Part shown: in pieces, positions 19,137-28,295 of the stretch
Layout of the letters: each line of letters begins with the position of its first letter
How positions within the stretch are numbered: the stretch's first letter is position 1
Source of the DNA: an uncultured virus (IMG/VR IMGVR_UViG_3300035698_023946)
Taxonomy: Duplodnaviria; Heunggongvirae; Uroviricota; Caudoviricetes
Reading direction: 5' to 3' (one strand)
DNA: 64,000 nt
Virus record (IMG/VR): IMGVR_UViG_3300035698_023946
The notes under the pieces: generated by a model
What the model was told of the DNA's origin: nothing
What the model saw: only the letters and a program-made list of their open reading frames with translations
Databases searched by the model: none
Made by a program: the position numbers and the translations under genes

Positions 19137-19208
19137 GCACCATAAACATAGACGGCGATGTGCAAGTTTTCCAAACTTGATAGGAAAGTTCAAGTCTTTC
19201 ATGGTGCT
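19137..19208 (+). tRNA. tRNA-Gly(TCC), CCA not encoded
   Basis: GCACCAT/ATGGTGC, CAAGT-TT-TCC-AA-ACTTG, U73 followed by GTTTTT. Confidence 0.82.
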
Positions 19209-19296
19209 GTTTTTTATTTTCGAATACATATTTAATGAAAAAGTATTTACCTATTAAAACGTAGAATATGATAGTATACTTCTAGGAGATACTATC

Positions 19297-20181
19297 ATGG
19301 AAACAAAAAAATGTTCAAAATGTAATAAGGAAAAATCATTAGACAAATTCATAATTATAAAAAACAGAAAAAGCTCTTTATGTAAAGATTGTCATAATGA
19401 TTTTTGTAGAAAAAAATGGAAAGATAGGAGAAGAGAAGCAATAAAACTACTTGGAAAAAAATGTTCAATTTGTGGTTATGACAAAAATATGTCCGCTTTA
19501 GATTTTCATCATGTCGAACCTTCTGAAAAAGAAGCAAATTGGGCTATTTATAAAAAATGGAAATGGGAAAAGATTGTCAAAGAATTGAAAAAGTGCATTT
19601 TATTATGTGCTAACTGTCATAGAGAAATTCATTATCCAAAAGATTCAAATTTGCCATATGATGGGTTTGCCAATCAAAATTTAAACAAACAAGAAATAAC
19701 CCCTAGTGGAAAATGCCCAATATGTGACGGCTCAGTTTATGGTACTATTTTTTGTGGAACACTATGTCGAGATATTTCTCAAAGAAAAGTTAAAAGACCA
19801 AGCTTAGAATGCCTTGCAAAAGAATTAGAAGAAAATTCTTGGTCTGCACTTGGAAGAAAATATGAAGTTTCAGATAATGCTGTTAGAAATTGGGCTAAAA
19901 AGTATGGATTAAAAATAGAAGAAAAAAGATTTCCATTACCAGAAAAAATATGTCCAACTTGTGGAGAAAAATTTGAAATACCCAGAATCGGACAAACTTA
20001 CTGTTCTAAACAATGTAAAAATATAGCAAATTCTCCTGGTAGAGAAATTTTAATAAAAACAATAAAAGAAATGGGTATTGGAAAATCCTCTAAAAAATTC
20101 AATGTTAACAAGTCATCAATACGAAGATGGCTAATTCACTATGATCTTCCAACAACTGTTAAACAAATAAGAGAGTTATGA
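19297..20181 (+). CDS. HNH homing-endonuclease-like protein with Zn ribbons and HTH repeats
   Basis: CSICGY...LDFHH...KCILLCANCHREIH; two HTH-like segments (LGRKYEVSDNAVRNW, SKKFNVNKSSIRRW). Confidence 0.85.
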   Translation: METKKCSKCNKEKSLDKFIIIKNRKSSLCKDCHNDFCRKKWKDRRREAIKLLGKKCSICGYDKNMSALDFHHVEPSEKEANWAIYKKWKWEKIVKELKKCILLCANCHREIHYPKDSNLPYDGFANQNLNKQEITPSGKCPICDGSVYGTIFCGTLCRDISQRKVKRPSLECLAKELEENSWSALGRKYEVSDNAVRNWAKKYGLKIEEKRFPLPEKICPTCGEKFEIPRIGQTYCSKQCKNIANSPGREILIKTIKEMGIGKSSKKFNVNKSSIRRWLIHYDLPTTVKQIREL

Positions 20182-20217
20182 TAATAAATTTTACAACATA
20201 TTCGCACCAAAAAACTA

Positions 20218-20246
20218 TTGACTTCTGAAAAAGGAAGCTTTAGAAT
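20218..20246 (+). promoter_or_regulatory. sigma70-type promoter
   Basis: TTGACT-17 nt-TAGAAT. Confidence 0.65.
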
Positions 20247-20286
20247 ACAGCATGTAAGCAAAATTTAATTAAGGAGTTTGAAACTG

Positions 20287-20682
20287 ATGAAAAAGTTAGC
20301 ACTTGTTTTTGTAGCACTTGTATGTATCTCAACAATGGCCGTAGCATCCGCACCGGGAGTCGTCCAGGTGCCCGTTCCAGTGACCGTTCAAGTTACTCCT
20401 GTGACCGTCCAGGTACCCGCAGAAGTGATCGTAGAAGTACCGGAGATGGAATATTCATATTGTTCCTGTATGCCATGCATGATCGAATGTCAACCATGTG
20501 GCGTCGTTTGTCAATCGTCTTGTTGGACAACCGCTTGTCCGCCCGTTTGCCGACCTGTATGTTGCCCGAATTTGATCGGACGTGTGACGGGAGCGGCAGG
20601 AGATATCGTCGGTGGGGTCTTCAGAGGTGTCAATCGCCTGTTTTGTGGACCTCCAGCACGTTGTTTCACAGTTTGTCGATAA
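20287..20682 (+). CDS. secreted Val/Pro- and Cys-rich small protein
   Basis: Signal peptide MKKLALVFVALVCISTMAVA, VxVP repeats, many Cys. Confidence 0.7.
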   Translation: MKKLALVFVALVCISTMAVASAPGVVQVPVPVTVQVTPVTVQVPAEVIVEVPEMEYSYCSCMPCMIECQPCGVVCQSSCWTTACPPVCRPVCCPNLIGRVTGAAGDIVGGVFRGVNRLFCGPPARCFTVCR

Positions 20683-20690
20683 AGTTCTGT

Positions 20691-20768
20691 TGCGGGATAC
20701 AATCAGTGGCCGATGGGCTGTTTCATAAGCAGTCGGAGGAAAAGTTCAAATCTTTTCTCCCGCATCCA
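20691..20768 (+). tRNA. tRNA-Met(CAT), atypical (6-bp T stem)
   Basis: TGCGGGA/TCCCGCA, GCTGT-TT-CAT-AA-GCAGT, GAAAAG-TTCAAAT-CTTTTC, TCCA. Confidence 0.75.
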
Positions 20769-21302
20769 AATTTCAGGTGGGAGTCGAAAGGCTCCCACCA
20801 TCTACTAAACGAAGGAGAATCATCGACGTGTCAATAATGGAAAAAGAAGTCATAAAAAGACTGGAAGATAATCTGAGGCAAGCTAAAAAAGAGATCGAGA
20901 AAACACAAAATGTTCAGGAAGAAGACGATGAAATCAACACCGATGAAATCCGATCCTATCTTGAATTAGCACTAGAAGAAGTCGATCAATTAGAAATCAT
21001 TTATCACAATCCCGACGAATCTAATCTAGAAGAATTTTTGGTGTGAAATGATGAAAAAACTCACTCGTTATTGGCCCCACCTGTCCGGCTGGACAATCGG
21101 AGCCATCATTAGTCTCATTTTTATAGACTTTTCAATACCTTTCGTAATTTACAACATACTTTGTTTTCTCATTTTCATTCATTTCATTATCAATCCATTT
21201 CTAAAGAAAAAGAATATACCAGAATATTCTCCTCCAGAATCTTTAAAAAAGGAGACCTTGAGAGACAAGTTGAAAAAGATCAAAGTCTCTTACTAGAAAC
21301 AA

Positions 21303-21671
21303 ATGTGGTCATACGTAATAGCTCATCACGACAAAGATCCCGATCCAGAAAAACAATTCTTCGCCATTCATGAAGTTTTCATGAATGATGATGGTGGTCC
21401 TTGGGGAATCACGAAAGAACCAATAAGCCCTTTCGGAGAAACCAAAGAAGAATTAATCAAGTGTCTCAACATGATGTTGAAAGATGCTGAAAATATGGAT
21501 ATCATTCCCTTATCCAAATGGGATGAGATCGAACAACCTATGGATGGGGAAGAAGAATTCTATGCAGACATGGATGAAATTGAAAAAAGAATTGCAAATG
21601 GTGAAGATTTACCGGATGGATGGGAAGATTTAGGAGACCTTCTTGATGAAACAGATGGGGAATCCTCTTGA
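21303..21671 (+). CDS. hypothetical acidic protein
   Basis: W.Y.I...FAIHEV...P.GET.EEL...L.MM..D pattern. Confidence 0.65.
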   Translation: MWSYVIAHHDKDPDPEKQFFAIHEVFMNDDGGPWGITKEPISPFGETKEELIKCLNMMLKDAENMDIIPLSKWDEIEQPMDGEEEFYADMDEIEKRIANGEDLPDGWEDLGDLLDETDGESS

Positions 21672-21947
21672 CATTCCCTCCAAACTATGCTAAGATAGGA
21701 TATAGAACGATAATGAAAGAACAAGAAGAATATAAGAGTTGCACTGCATTTGTGACTAGGTGCATAGATTTTGAAGAAGAACATCTTAAAAAGAACCCTG
21801 AAATAAAAACTGTTAGAATTTCAGAGGGAATCGTTTTGATAGATGGAACTGACGCTCAAAAATCCAAAGTCGAAGACTACAACTCTGTCATCAAATTAAG
21901 ATTTAACAAAATGGGGTTCAGATCCTACATCCCGGAATGAGATAAAA

Positions 21948-23162
21948 ATGTCCTACGAAATCAAAGATGGAATCAAAGTGTGGGGAACCACAGACGACGA
22001 CACCGTTCAACAAATGAAGACTTGTCAGGAAACTGGGGATGTCTTTGACGTCGCCTTGATGGGAGACAATCACAAGGGTTATTCTCAACCCATCGGTGGA
22101 GTTGTCGCTTATCTGGGCATGATTTCTCCTTCCGGAGTTGGGTTCGATGTGGGATGCGGGAATCAGGCAACTTTGACGGATCTTTCATTAGAAGATGTCA
22201 AAGAAGACCTCCCAAAGATCATGGATGCGATTCAATCAACCATTTCTTTCGGAGTCGGGAAGAAGAACGTCGTTCCGGTTGAGGATGAATTATTCGACGA
22301 TCCTACTTGGGATGATGTTTTTGTTCTACGATCTTTGAAAGAATTAGCCAGAGAGCAATTGGGAACTGTTGGTTCTGGAAACCATTATGTGGACATCTTG
22401 CATGAAGAAGAAAATGACAATATTTGGATTGCAAATCATTTTGGTTCTAGGGGTTTCGGACATAAGATGGCCTCTGGCTTCTTGAACTTGATCAATGGAA
22501 GGAAGTTTAAAGATCGACTCCCCGGCGAGAAAATGGAATCTCCTCCCACACTCGTCGATGCGGGAAGTCAACTCGGTCAGGACTACATCGCTGCGATGCA
22601 ATTGGCAGGACGCTATGCCTATGCCGGTCGTGCCCATGCAATCGAACAAGTTCTAAAGATTCTTGGAGCAGGATCTCTGAAAGATGTCAAATGTCATCAC
22701 AATTTCGCTTGGCTAGAAGAACACGATGGCGAAAAAGTTTGGGTAGTTCGAAAAGGTTCTACTCCAAACTTTCCTGGACAGGAAAGTTTCATTGGTGGTT
22801 CGATGTGCGACATCTCGGCCATCATAGAAGGCAAAGATTCTGATGAATCCAGAGAATCCCTTTACTCCACCGTTCATGGAGCCGGAAGAATCATGTCAAG
22901 GACAAAAGCTGCCGGGAAGATGAATTGGAAAAAGAAAGTCAGAAAGACTGCGGGATTGATTTCTCCAGAGATGATGAAAGAATCAATTCAAGACTGGGGG
23001 TTGACCTTACGCGGAGCGGGGCTTGATGAAAGTTCATTCGTTTACCGTAAACTAGAAGGTGTATTAAAAGCGCATGAAGCAACTTTTGAAGTCAAACACA
23101 CTTTGAGACCTATCGGAGTTTGCATGGCCGGAGACGGTGAATTCGACCCCTACAAAGACTAA
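21948..23162 (+). CDS. rtcB: RtcB RNA 3'-phosphate/5'-OH ligase
   Basis: DNH.GY..PIGG, GVGFDVGCG, LGTVGSGNHY, HFGSRG.G, HHNFA, RKGSTP, STVHGAGR. Confidence 0.95.
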   Translation: MSYEIKDGIKVWGTTDDDTVQQMKTCQETGDVFDVALMGDNHKGYSQPIGGVVAYLGMISPSGVGFDVGCGNQATLTDLSLEDVKEDLPKIMDAIQSTISFGVGKKNVVPVEDELFDDPTWDDVFVLRSLKELAREQLGTVGSGNHYVDILHEEENDNIWIANHFGSRGFGHKMASGFLNLINGRKFKDRLPGEKMESPPTLVDAGSQLGQDYIAAMQLAGRYAYAGRAHAIEQVLKILGAGSLKDVKCHHNFAWLEEHDGEKVWVVRKGSTPNFPGQESFIGGSMCDISAIIEGKDSDESRESLYSTVHGAGRIMSRTKAAGKMNWKKKVRKTAGLISPEMMKESIQDWGLTLRGAGLDESSFVYRKLEGVLKAHEATFEVKHTLRPIGVCMAGDGEFDPYKD

Positions 23163-23164
23163 AC

Positions 23165-23365
23165 ATGAAGATCAAGACTCACAACTGTTTGATTGAGAAC
23201 CGAGAAGCTTGGTGTACTTCTAAATATCCATACTATAGATGTTCTTTTAAATCTCGATTTAACGATATCTTTATCAACAATTTCAAAATTACTATCAGCA
23301 TTAACGTGAAATATGATTTACAGATGAACTATTATGTGAGTGAAAGAATTTTAATAGTTTTTTAA
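23165..23365 (+). CDS. small hypothetical protein, MxIxxHN family
   Basis: Starts MKIKTHNC. Confidence 0.55.
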   Translation: MKIKTHNCLIENREAWCTSKYPYYRCSFKSRFNDIFINNFKITISINVKYDLQMNYYVSERILIVF

Positions 23366-23380
23366 AGGAGAAGATAAATC

Positions 23381-23923
23381 ATGAGTAAAAATGTAACTTT
23401 GGCAAATCTGTTGCGTAAACGAAAAAGCATGTCTGGAGTTCTGTCAACGGCCAGTAACCGTGCCATGCAGGGAGCCGTCGTAGAGAAGATCGATGGAAAT
23501 GTCGAGGTTCCGGATTTCAACACCTCCGAAAACATCGAAGCCTTTTCAAAAGGACAACACGATCTACGGAAGATCAAAGCAGCTGTGGCAAAAACCACAT
23601 CTTCATCTTTGGTAAAAATCCCAGATGAAATCGAAGTTCCTGAAGCAGGAACGGAAGTGTCCTTAACTCAAGCCATTCTCATCAGAGATGACTTGAAGGG
23701 GTACAAGAGTCTTCTTGAAAAAGTCACTGCTCTTTCCTCTGGGAGAGAGAAGCTTCGCGGATGGGGGCATACCGATGACACAATCGTTGAAAAGATTCGT
23801 GTCGGGTGGGATTTTAATGAATTAGTTGCAAAGATCGATAGAACACAAGAACAAATCGACAGTGTTGACGCACTGATTCAATTCACAGACAACACGATCA
23901 AGGTTGACGTTGACCTTGGTTGA
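23381..23923 (+). CDS. DIP1984-like helical (coiled-coil) protein
   Basis: TLANLL.KR N-terminus, SLTQAILIRDDLK, C-terminal IDRTQEQIDSVDALIQ..DNT resemble the DIP1984 family pattern; AAGGAG RBS. Confidence 0.6.
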   Translation: MSKNVTLANLLRKRKSMSGVLSTASNRAMQGAVVEKIDGNVEVPDFNTSENIEAFSKGQHDLRKIKAAVAKTTSSSLVKIPDEIEVPEAGTEVSLTQAILIRDDLKGYKSLLEKVTALSSGREKLRGWGHTDDTIVEKIRVGWDFNELVAKIDRTQEQIDSVDALIQFTDNTIKVDVDLG

Positions 23924-23952
23924 AGAATGACTGATGATCGTTCATCAGTCTA

Positions 23953-24160
23953 GATGTGGTTTGATTTTGTTGAGATATACCTCCTTTTGCCTTGAAAGCA
24001 AATGGACACGAAGGCTTGAAACCCTTCTCCTAATTTCTAAATGGAGCGATCAAGATTAATCCAAACAAGCACAGAGGAATTAGATCAGTCGCTCACACGG
24101 TAGCATTGGGCATTGCGTACAAAGCACAGGGTCATTTATCTCTCAGAATTAAATCTCATC
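23953..24160 (+). ncRNA. putative structured ncRNA downstream of the DIP1984-like gene
   Basis: Long closing helix 23953-23977 / 24137-24160 with several G-U pairs, enclosing multiple hairpins; no ORF of 60 aa or more. Confidence 0.7.
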
Positions 24161-24161
24161 G

Positions 24162-24194
24162 GCGGGTGGTCGGTTTTCCGGCCACCCGCTTTTT
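24162..24194 (+). terminator. rho-independent terminator
   Basis: GCGGGTGGTCGG-TTTT-CCGGCCACCCGC then TTTTT. Confidence 0.9.
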
Positions 24195-24258
24195 ATTAAA
24201 GTAATCGGCTGCATAATCATCGTATCATTAAAATAAACAGACGACATGGAGAAAAACG

Positions 24259-25170
24259 ATGAAAACAACATTTTGTTGTATACTAATCGCCATCTTAACT
24301 ATGGCGACATCCTTTGCAAATGATGTCCCCTTCATCTCTTGGCATTATGGTGATTTTCCCGAAGCTTTTGATGCCATAGGAGAAATTGAAGTAGGAGGAG
24401 AGATAGGGGATGCGTCATTCAGTATAGTTTTTGGAACTACCAGATCGTTTCTTTACTTAAACTTTGATTCTTTACAAAATATGAAATCGATCATTGGAGA
24501 CGCCTTCATTTCAGGAGCAACTGAAAACTCTACTATTTCCGTAGACATAATCGGATTAGTTTCTAGAGGAGTCATCTTAGATGAACGAGAAACTGAACGA
24601 AATGTAGAAGTTCAAAGTGAATTTCCAGGCAGAGTTTATGATCTTTACTACAACGGTTCCATAATTAGCAGTGGGACTCTTTCTGCAAACAGCTTTGGAG
24701 ATTTCATTTTTTCAATCCCTTACGAAATCGAAAGTGTGAAGTTGGAACATATTCCGTTCACACCCACTCCAACGTTCACATTGACATCAACTCCGACATT
24801 CACCCTCACAAACACTCCTACAAATACTCCAACGTTCACTCCAACATTCACTCGGACTTTTACTACGACAAACACCCCTACAGAAACGTTCACTCCGACG
24901 TTCACTTCGACAAACACTCCTACAAATACTCCAACATTCACTCAGACATTCACTCGGACTTTTACTACGACAAATACTCCCACAGAAACGTTCACTCCGA
25001 CGTTCACTCCGACACCTACGGCAACTGTGACAAGCACATTCACTCCAACTGCGACACCTACAGAAACCTTAATTCCAACACCGACGAAACGAAGGGGTTG
25101 GCCAAAGTGGTTGTATAGACTTTACCTCAGATGGTGGAAACATCATAATTGGCCGGAGACAGCGAGATGA
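24259..25170 (+). CDS. secreted Thr/Pro-rich (mucin-like) protein
   Basis: Signal peptide, ~110-aa TPT(F/N)T repeat stalk, basic/aromatic C-terminus. Confidence 0.8.
   Translation: MKTTFCCILIAILTMATSFANDVPFISWHYGDFPEAFDAIGEIEVGGEIGDASFSIVFGTTRSFLYLNFDSLQNMKSIIGDAFISGATENSTISVDIIGLVSRGVILDERETERNVEVQSEFPGRVYDLYYNGSIISSGTLSANSFGDFIFSIPYEIESVKLEHIPFTPTPTFTLTSTPTFTLTNTPTNTPTFTPTFTRTFTTTNTPTETFTPTFTSTNTPTNTPTFTQTFTRTFTTTNTPTETFTPTFTPTPTATVTSTFTPTATPTETLIPTPTKRRGWPKWLYRLYLRWWKHHNWPETAR
24808..25008 (+). repeat. 102-bp tandem duplication in the Thr/Pro repeat coding region
   Basis: ACAAACACTCCTACAAATACTCCAAC... recurs at 24808 and 24910. Confidence 0.8.
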
Positions 25171-25583
25171 AACGAATCTTAATGATCTTTTCTATGTTCA
25201 TGTCCGCAGCAGCATCTGATGCTGCGGAATTTGGATCGCTCATTCCAAATCAAGAATATATCGTTTACCTTGACGAAGTATTTAGCAAATATGAAACTTC
25301 TACTCCAGAAGGAACCTTACAAGTCACTTTACCAGAAGGTATGCACAAGATCCAAATAGCACCCGCAAGAAGCCGATTCGGTTCTCTCATTCCAAACCAT
25401 GAATATGAAATTTATGTAGACGAGGTATTCCAAACAATAAAGATGTCTGACGGTGAAGGGTCCCTTTCAGTTCATCTCCCTCATGGGATGCATACAATTA
25501 GGTTAAACCTTCATAAACCAAAAGACGAATGGCATGAAGCCATTTTTAAAATCTATGTAGAATGGATTGAACAAGTATTTTAA
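25167..25583 (+). CDS. secreted protein with two internal ~50-aa repeats
   Basis: Signal peptide; FGSLIPN.EY..Y.DEVF...EG.L.V.LP.GMH.I twice. Confidence 0.75.
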   Translation: MKRILMIFSMFMSAAASDAAEFGSLIPNQEYIVYLDEVFSKYETSTPEGTLQVTLPEGMHKIQIAPARSRFGSLIPNHEYEIYVDEVFQTIKMSDGEGSLSVHLPHGMHTIRLNLHKPKDEWHEAIFKIYVEWIEQVF

Positions 25584-25584
25584 T

Positions 25585-26220
25585 ATGATTTTATGGACCA
25601 TACAACGTGAAGAAGACTGGAAGTGGTTTAAAAAAACAGGAAGATTCTACACAAAAAAACCACTTCACATGTATGATCGTGATTGGAACACATTTGAATG
25701 GAGGATGTGCTACGCCTGGATGATCGTACAAATGAGGAAAAAAATTGGGCCATCTCCAAAAGGGGTCAAGTGGCCAGTTTGGAGTTGGTATCAATATTTG
25801 GATCACAAGAGAAAAAAACCCGATCTTCGTTTTTCAGAGTTCAAGAGGTATAAGGAACCGATGGCAAGAATTGAACTGGAGATCCCAGATGAACGAGTTC
25901 TACTTTCAGATTTTCAACTTTGGCATATCCCCTTGAACAGAGGACTCATCGTCAAGAACAAGAAAGAAGATGATGATTTTGATAAACGTTTAAAAAAACA
26001 CATAAGTATGGAGGTTCATAAATACTCGAATGATAAACCTTATCCAGAGCCATTTCATTCGGAGATGATAAAGAGTTGGGAATTGATTTTCGAAATGAAG
26101 AAGTTCACCAATTCGAAATATGTAGGAGCTGATTCGTTTAAAGAAAAGGTGATTCAGGCCACCTTCTGGGAAGCCGAGATCGACCAAGTTAAAGATGTGA
26201 CTTTATTTTCAATGAAATGA
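25585..26220 (+). CDS. DUF3841-like protein
   Basis: LWTIQ...YAWM..QM...P.W.WY...PDLR...VLLSDF.LWH..LN...IQATFW. Confidence 0.75.
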   Translation: MILWTIQREEDWKWFKKTGRFYTKKPLHMYDRDWNTFEWRMCYAWMIVQMRKKIGPSPKGVKWPVWSWYQYLDHKRKKPDLRFSEFKRYKEPMARIELEIPDERVLLSDFQLWHIPLNRGLIVKNKKEDDDFDKRLKKHISMEVHKYSNDKPYPEPFHSEMIKSWELIFEMKKFTNSKYVGADSFKEKVIQATFWEAEIDQVKDVTLFSMK

Positions 26221-26233
26221 TTTAAACAAGATT

Positions 26234-26422
26234 CTATCTTGACTTTAGATAATTCAAATAATCCTCATCAGAAAGTTCAGAAGGATCGATCTCCCCCACC
26301 TCTAAGTCCTCAAATTCTGCATTCTTGAATTCTTTCCTTTTATTAGGAAATATCTGATTCACAGGGATATCATGTTGCCGTCTTTTTTGAACTTTGATGA
26401 CGGTAGGTATTTTTTCATTCAT
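26234..26422 (-). CDS. small hypothetical protein
   Basis: ATG at 26422 with GGAG RBS. Confidence 0.5.
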   Translation of the reverse strand: MNEKIPTVIKVQKRRQHDIPVNQIFPNKRKEFKNAEFEDLEVGEIDPSELSDEDYLNYLKSR

Positions 26423-26489
26423 GATCGTGTATCTCTCCAGGCCCTTTTTCAAACCATCGTTAGAATATCGAGTTCACTGGCCGAGTTCC

Positions 26490-26559
26490 TTCCTACAGTG
26501 AGTTTCACTGTCACCATCTCCCCTTCGTCAAGAGGCGCTTTACTTTAAGCTAATAGGAA
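26490..26559 (-). ncRNA. degenerate tRNA-like element
   Basis: Minus strand: TTCCTAT/GTAGGAA acceptor, TA-GCTT..AAGC D arm, CCTCT-TGACGA-AGGGG, non-canonical T arm CAGTG/CACTG. Confidence 0.45.
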
Positions 26560-26562
26560 AAA

Positions 26563-26629
26563 TCGATCAGTAGGATTCGACCTACGACTCCGCTGTTAAG
26601 CGGCGAGTTTCCAGCTACTCCATGACCGA
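26563..26629 (-). ncRNA. tRNA-like element with shrunken anticodon and T loops
   Basis: Minus strand: TCGGTCA/TGATCGA, GAGT-AGCTGGAA-ACTC, CCGCT-TAAC-AGCGG, GTAGG-TCGAAT-CCTAC, no CCA. Confidence 0.65.
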
Positions 26630-26702
26630 CAGAACACGTATCGTTCCGACCACCGCACAGCGGTGGTCTTCACATCCTCCCTCAACAACCTAAGATAGTT
26701 TG

Positions 26703-26730
26703 AAAAAGGGTCCGGCATGATGCCGGACCC
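26703..26730 (-). terminator. rho-independent terminator
   Basis: GGGTCCGGCA/TGCCGGACCC stem followed by TTTTT on the minus strand. Confidence 0.8.
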
Positions 26731-26832
26731 CAATTTAGAGTAGAGGGGAAAAGGAATAAACCTCTCTACTCGGAACCTATGACCCCTTTTGGAGGGACCG
26801 TTAGGCAGAAGTGCCTTTTATCTTTCACTTAA

Positions 26833-26861
26833 AGTGTATCACAAAACTAATCCCTTGTCAA
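26833..26861 (-). promoter_or_regulatory. sigma70-type promoter (leftward)
   Basis: TTGACA-17 nt-TACACT with a TG extension. Confidence 0.7.
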
Positions 26862-26887
26862 CCCCTATCTTACGCCCTCTTTCATTC

Positions 26888-26916
26888 TTGACTTATTTCA
26901 TCCTTTAGCGTATAAT
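26888..26916 (+). promoter_or_regulatory. sigma70-type promoter (rightward; near-leaderless mRNA)
   Basis: TTGACT-17 nt-TATAAT, 10 nt before ATG 26927. Confidence 0.75.
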
Positions 26917-26926
26917 AACTAGTACC

Positions 26927-28033
26927 ATGATCCCTAAAATAGAAAAACAAAAACCTCCCGAAAAACTGTTCCAGTTAGATGAAGAAACCATATCACAATT
27001 CGTGGATAAAGTCAACCTTTATCCGATAAATTATTTTGACTGTGCCACATTCCATCTTCCGGACATCACTAATTGGTTCAGAGAACACAAATACAATACC
27101 TCTATTCAACATTATCTAGAAACATACATACCTATGCTAAACTCTGTCAAATCTAGATTGACTAAATTGGGGACGCTATGGATTAGGGTAGATGATAAAC
27201 CTTTTGAAATCAAGGCAGTAAGAAATGAAAATATGAACAAAAGGAATCTTGTAAACAGAAAGAACGGCGTCAAAGACATGTCGTATGATCGAAAAGTATT
27301 AACTGAAGAACAAAAAATAGAAAGGGACATAATAGCTGAAACAGCCGAGCGATTTGTGTTAAATCATCTCGGCGGCATCGGTGATCAATCTTTTGGGGAA
27401 AAAGACTTTTCAATAGATGGATGGGTCTTCGACGTCAAGAATAATCCCCATTCAGTTCAGGTCAAATGGACCGCGAGGGGAAGGAAATGTGTCATCACTC
27501 CAAATGTCGCAAAGAGAGTTCTTAGAGGAGAAGAAGGTGCCGACATTTACGTACTCGTCAGCGGTGAGACTGTAGACCGATTCAAGATTGAAGGATGGGT
27601 CACTGGCGAAAAAATGAAAAAATCAAAAACATCTTTTCCTGGATATTCGGGAGAACGAACCGGTGTTGATAAAAAAGATATGGAATCATTTGATAAATTA
27701 GTTATAGCTACGGGCCAAGTCCATCCTGGAGAGATGATCGGGCTTCACAAAAAAGTGATACAAGAATTAAGCAATTTAGAGTGGTTCCCTCAAAGATGCA
27801 TCAAGATAAATGAATACGACAATTCGAATCAATATGTTTTAGCATTCAGCCCTGTCGAAAAAGGTTATACGTATTTAAGGAAGAGTGGATCTTGGATGGA
27901 TGATGAATGGAAAAAATTAAGTATAACTTCTGCAAGTAGAGATAATTCCTATATCTTAGACATGATGCCTGAAGATGACAGATTTGAAGAAGTCACAAAA
28001 ACCCACAATAGGATTTATCATTCTATAACATAA
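26927..28033 (+). CDS. putative PD-(D/E)XK-fold nuclease
   Basis: AETAERFV...KDFSIDG...VQVKWT...ADIYVLV...IEGW. Confidence 0.5.
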   Translation: MIPKIEKQKPPEKLFQLDEETISQFVDKVNLYPINYFDCATFHLPDITNWFREHKYNTSIQHYLETYIPMLNSVKSRLTKLGTLWIRVDDKPFEIKAVRNENMNKRNLVNRKNGVKDMSYDRKVLTEEQKIERDIIAETAERFVLNHLGGIGDQSFGEKDFSIDGWVFDVKNNPHSVQVKWTARGRKCVITPNVAKRVLRGEEGADIYVLVSGETVDRFKIEGWVTGEKMKKSKTSFPGYSGERTGVDKKDMESFDKLVIATGQVHPGEMIGLHKKVIQELSNLEWFPQRCIKINEYDNSNQYVLAFSPVEKGYTYLRKSGSWMDDEWKKLSITSASRDNSYILDMMPEDDRFEEVTKTHNRIYHSIT

Positions 28034-28295
28034 GGATCACGAAATGACTATAAAAGAATTTGAAGACAAATACGAAACTGATAAAACAATCACCGTTAAG
28101 GCTAGTATTAGAAAGTTTTCTGGAGATTTAGTGAAAGCAGATGTGGAAGTTTATCAATGCGAAGGACCTCTTGGAGATATGGTGAAAGATTATTGTGAAC
28201 ATTTACAAAAAGGGTTTTGGTTTACAAGAAAAACAAGTTTAGAATGGAACATCGTAAACAATAGATTCAAAGATGCTTTAAACCAAGTGGTCATT

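Noticed and set aside
24720..24941. Val/Gly/Asn-repeat minus-strand ORF
   Set aside because: It is the antisense shadow of the Thr/Pro repeat.
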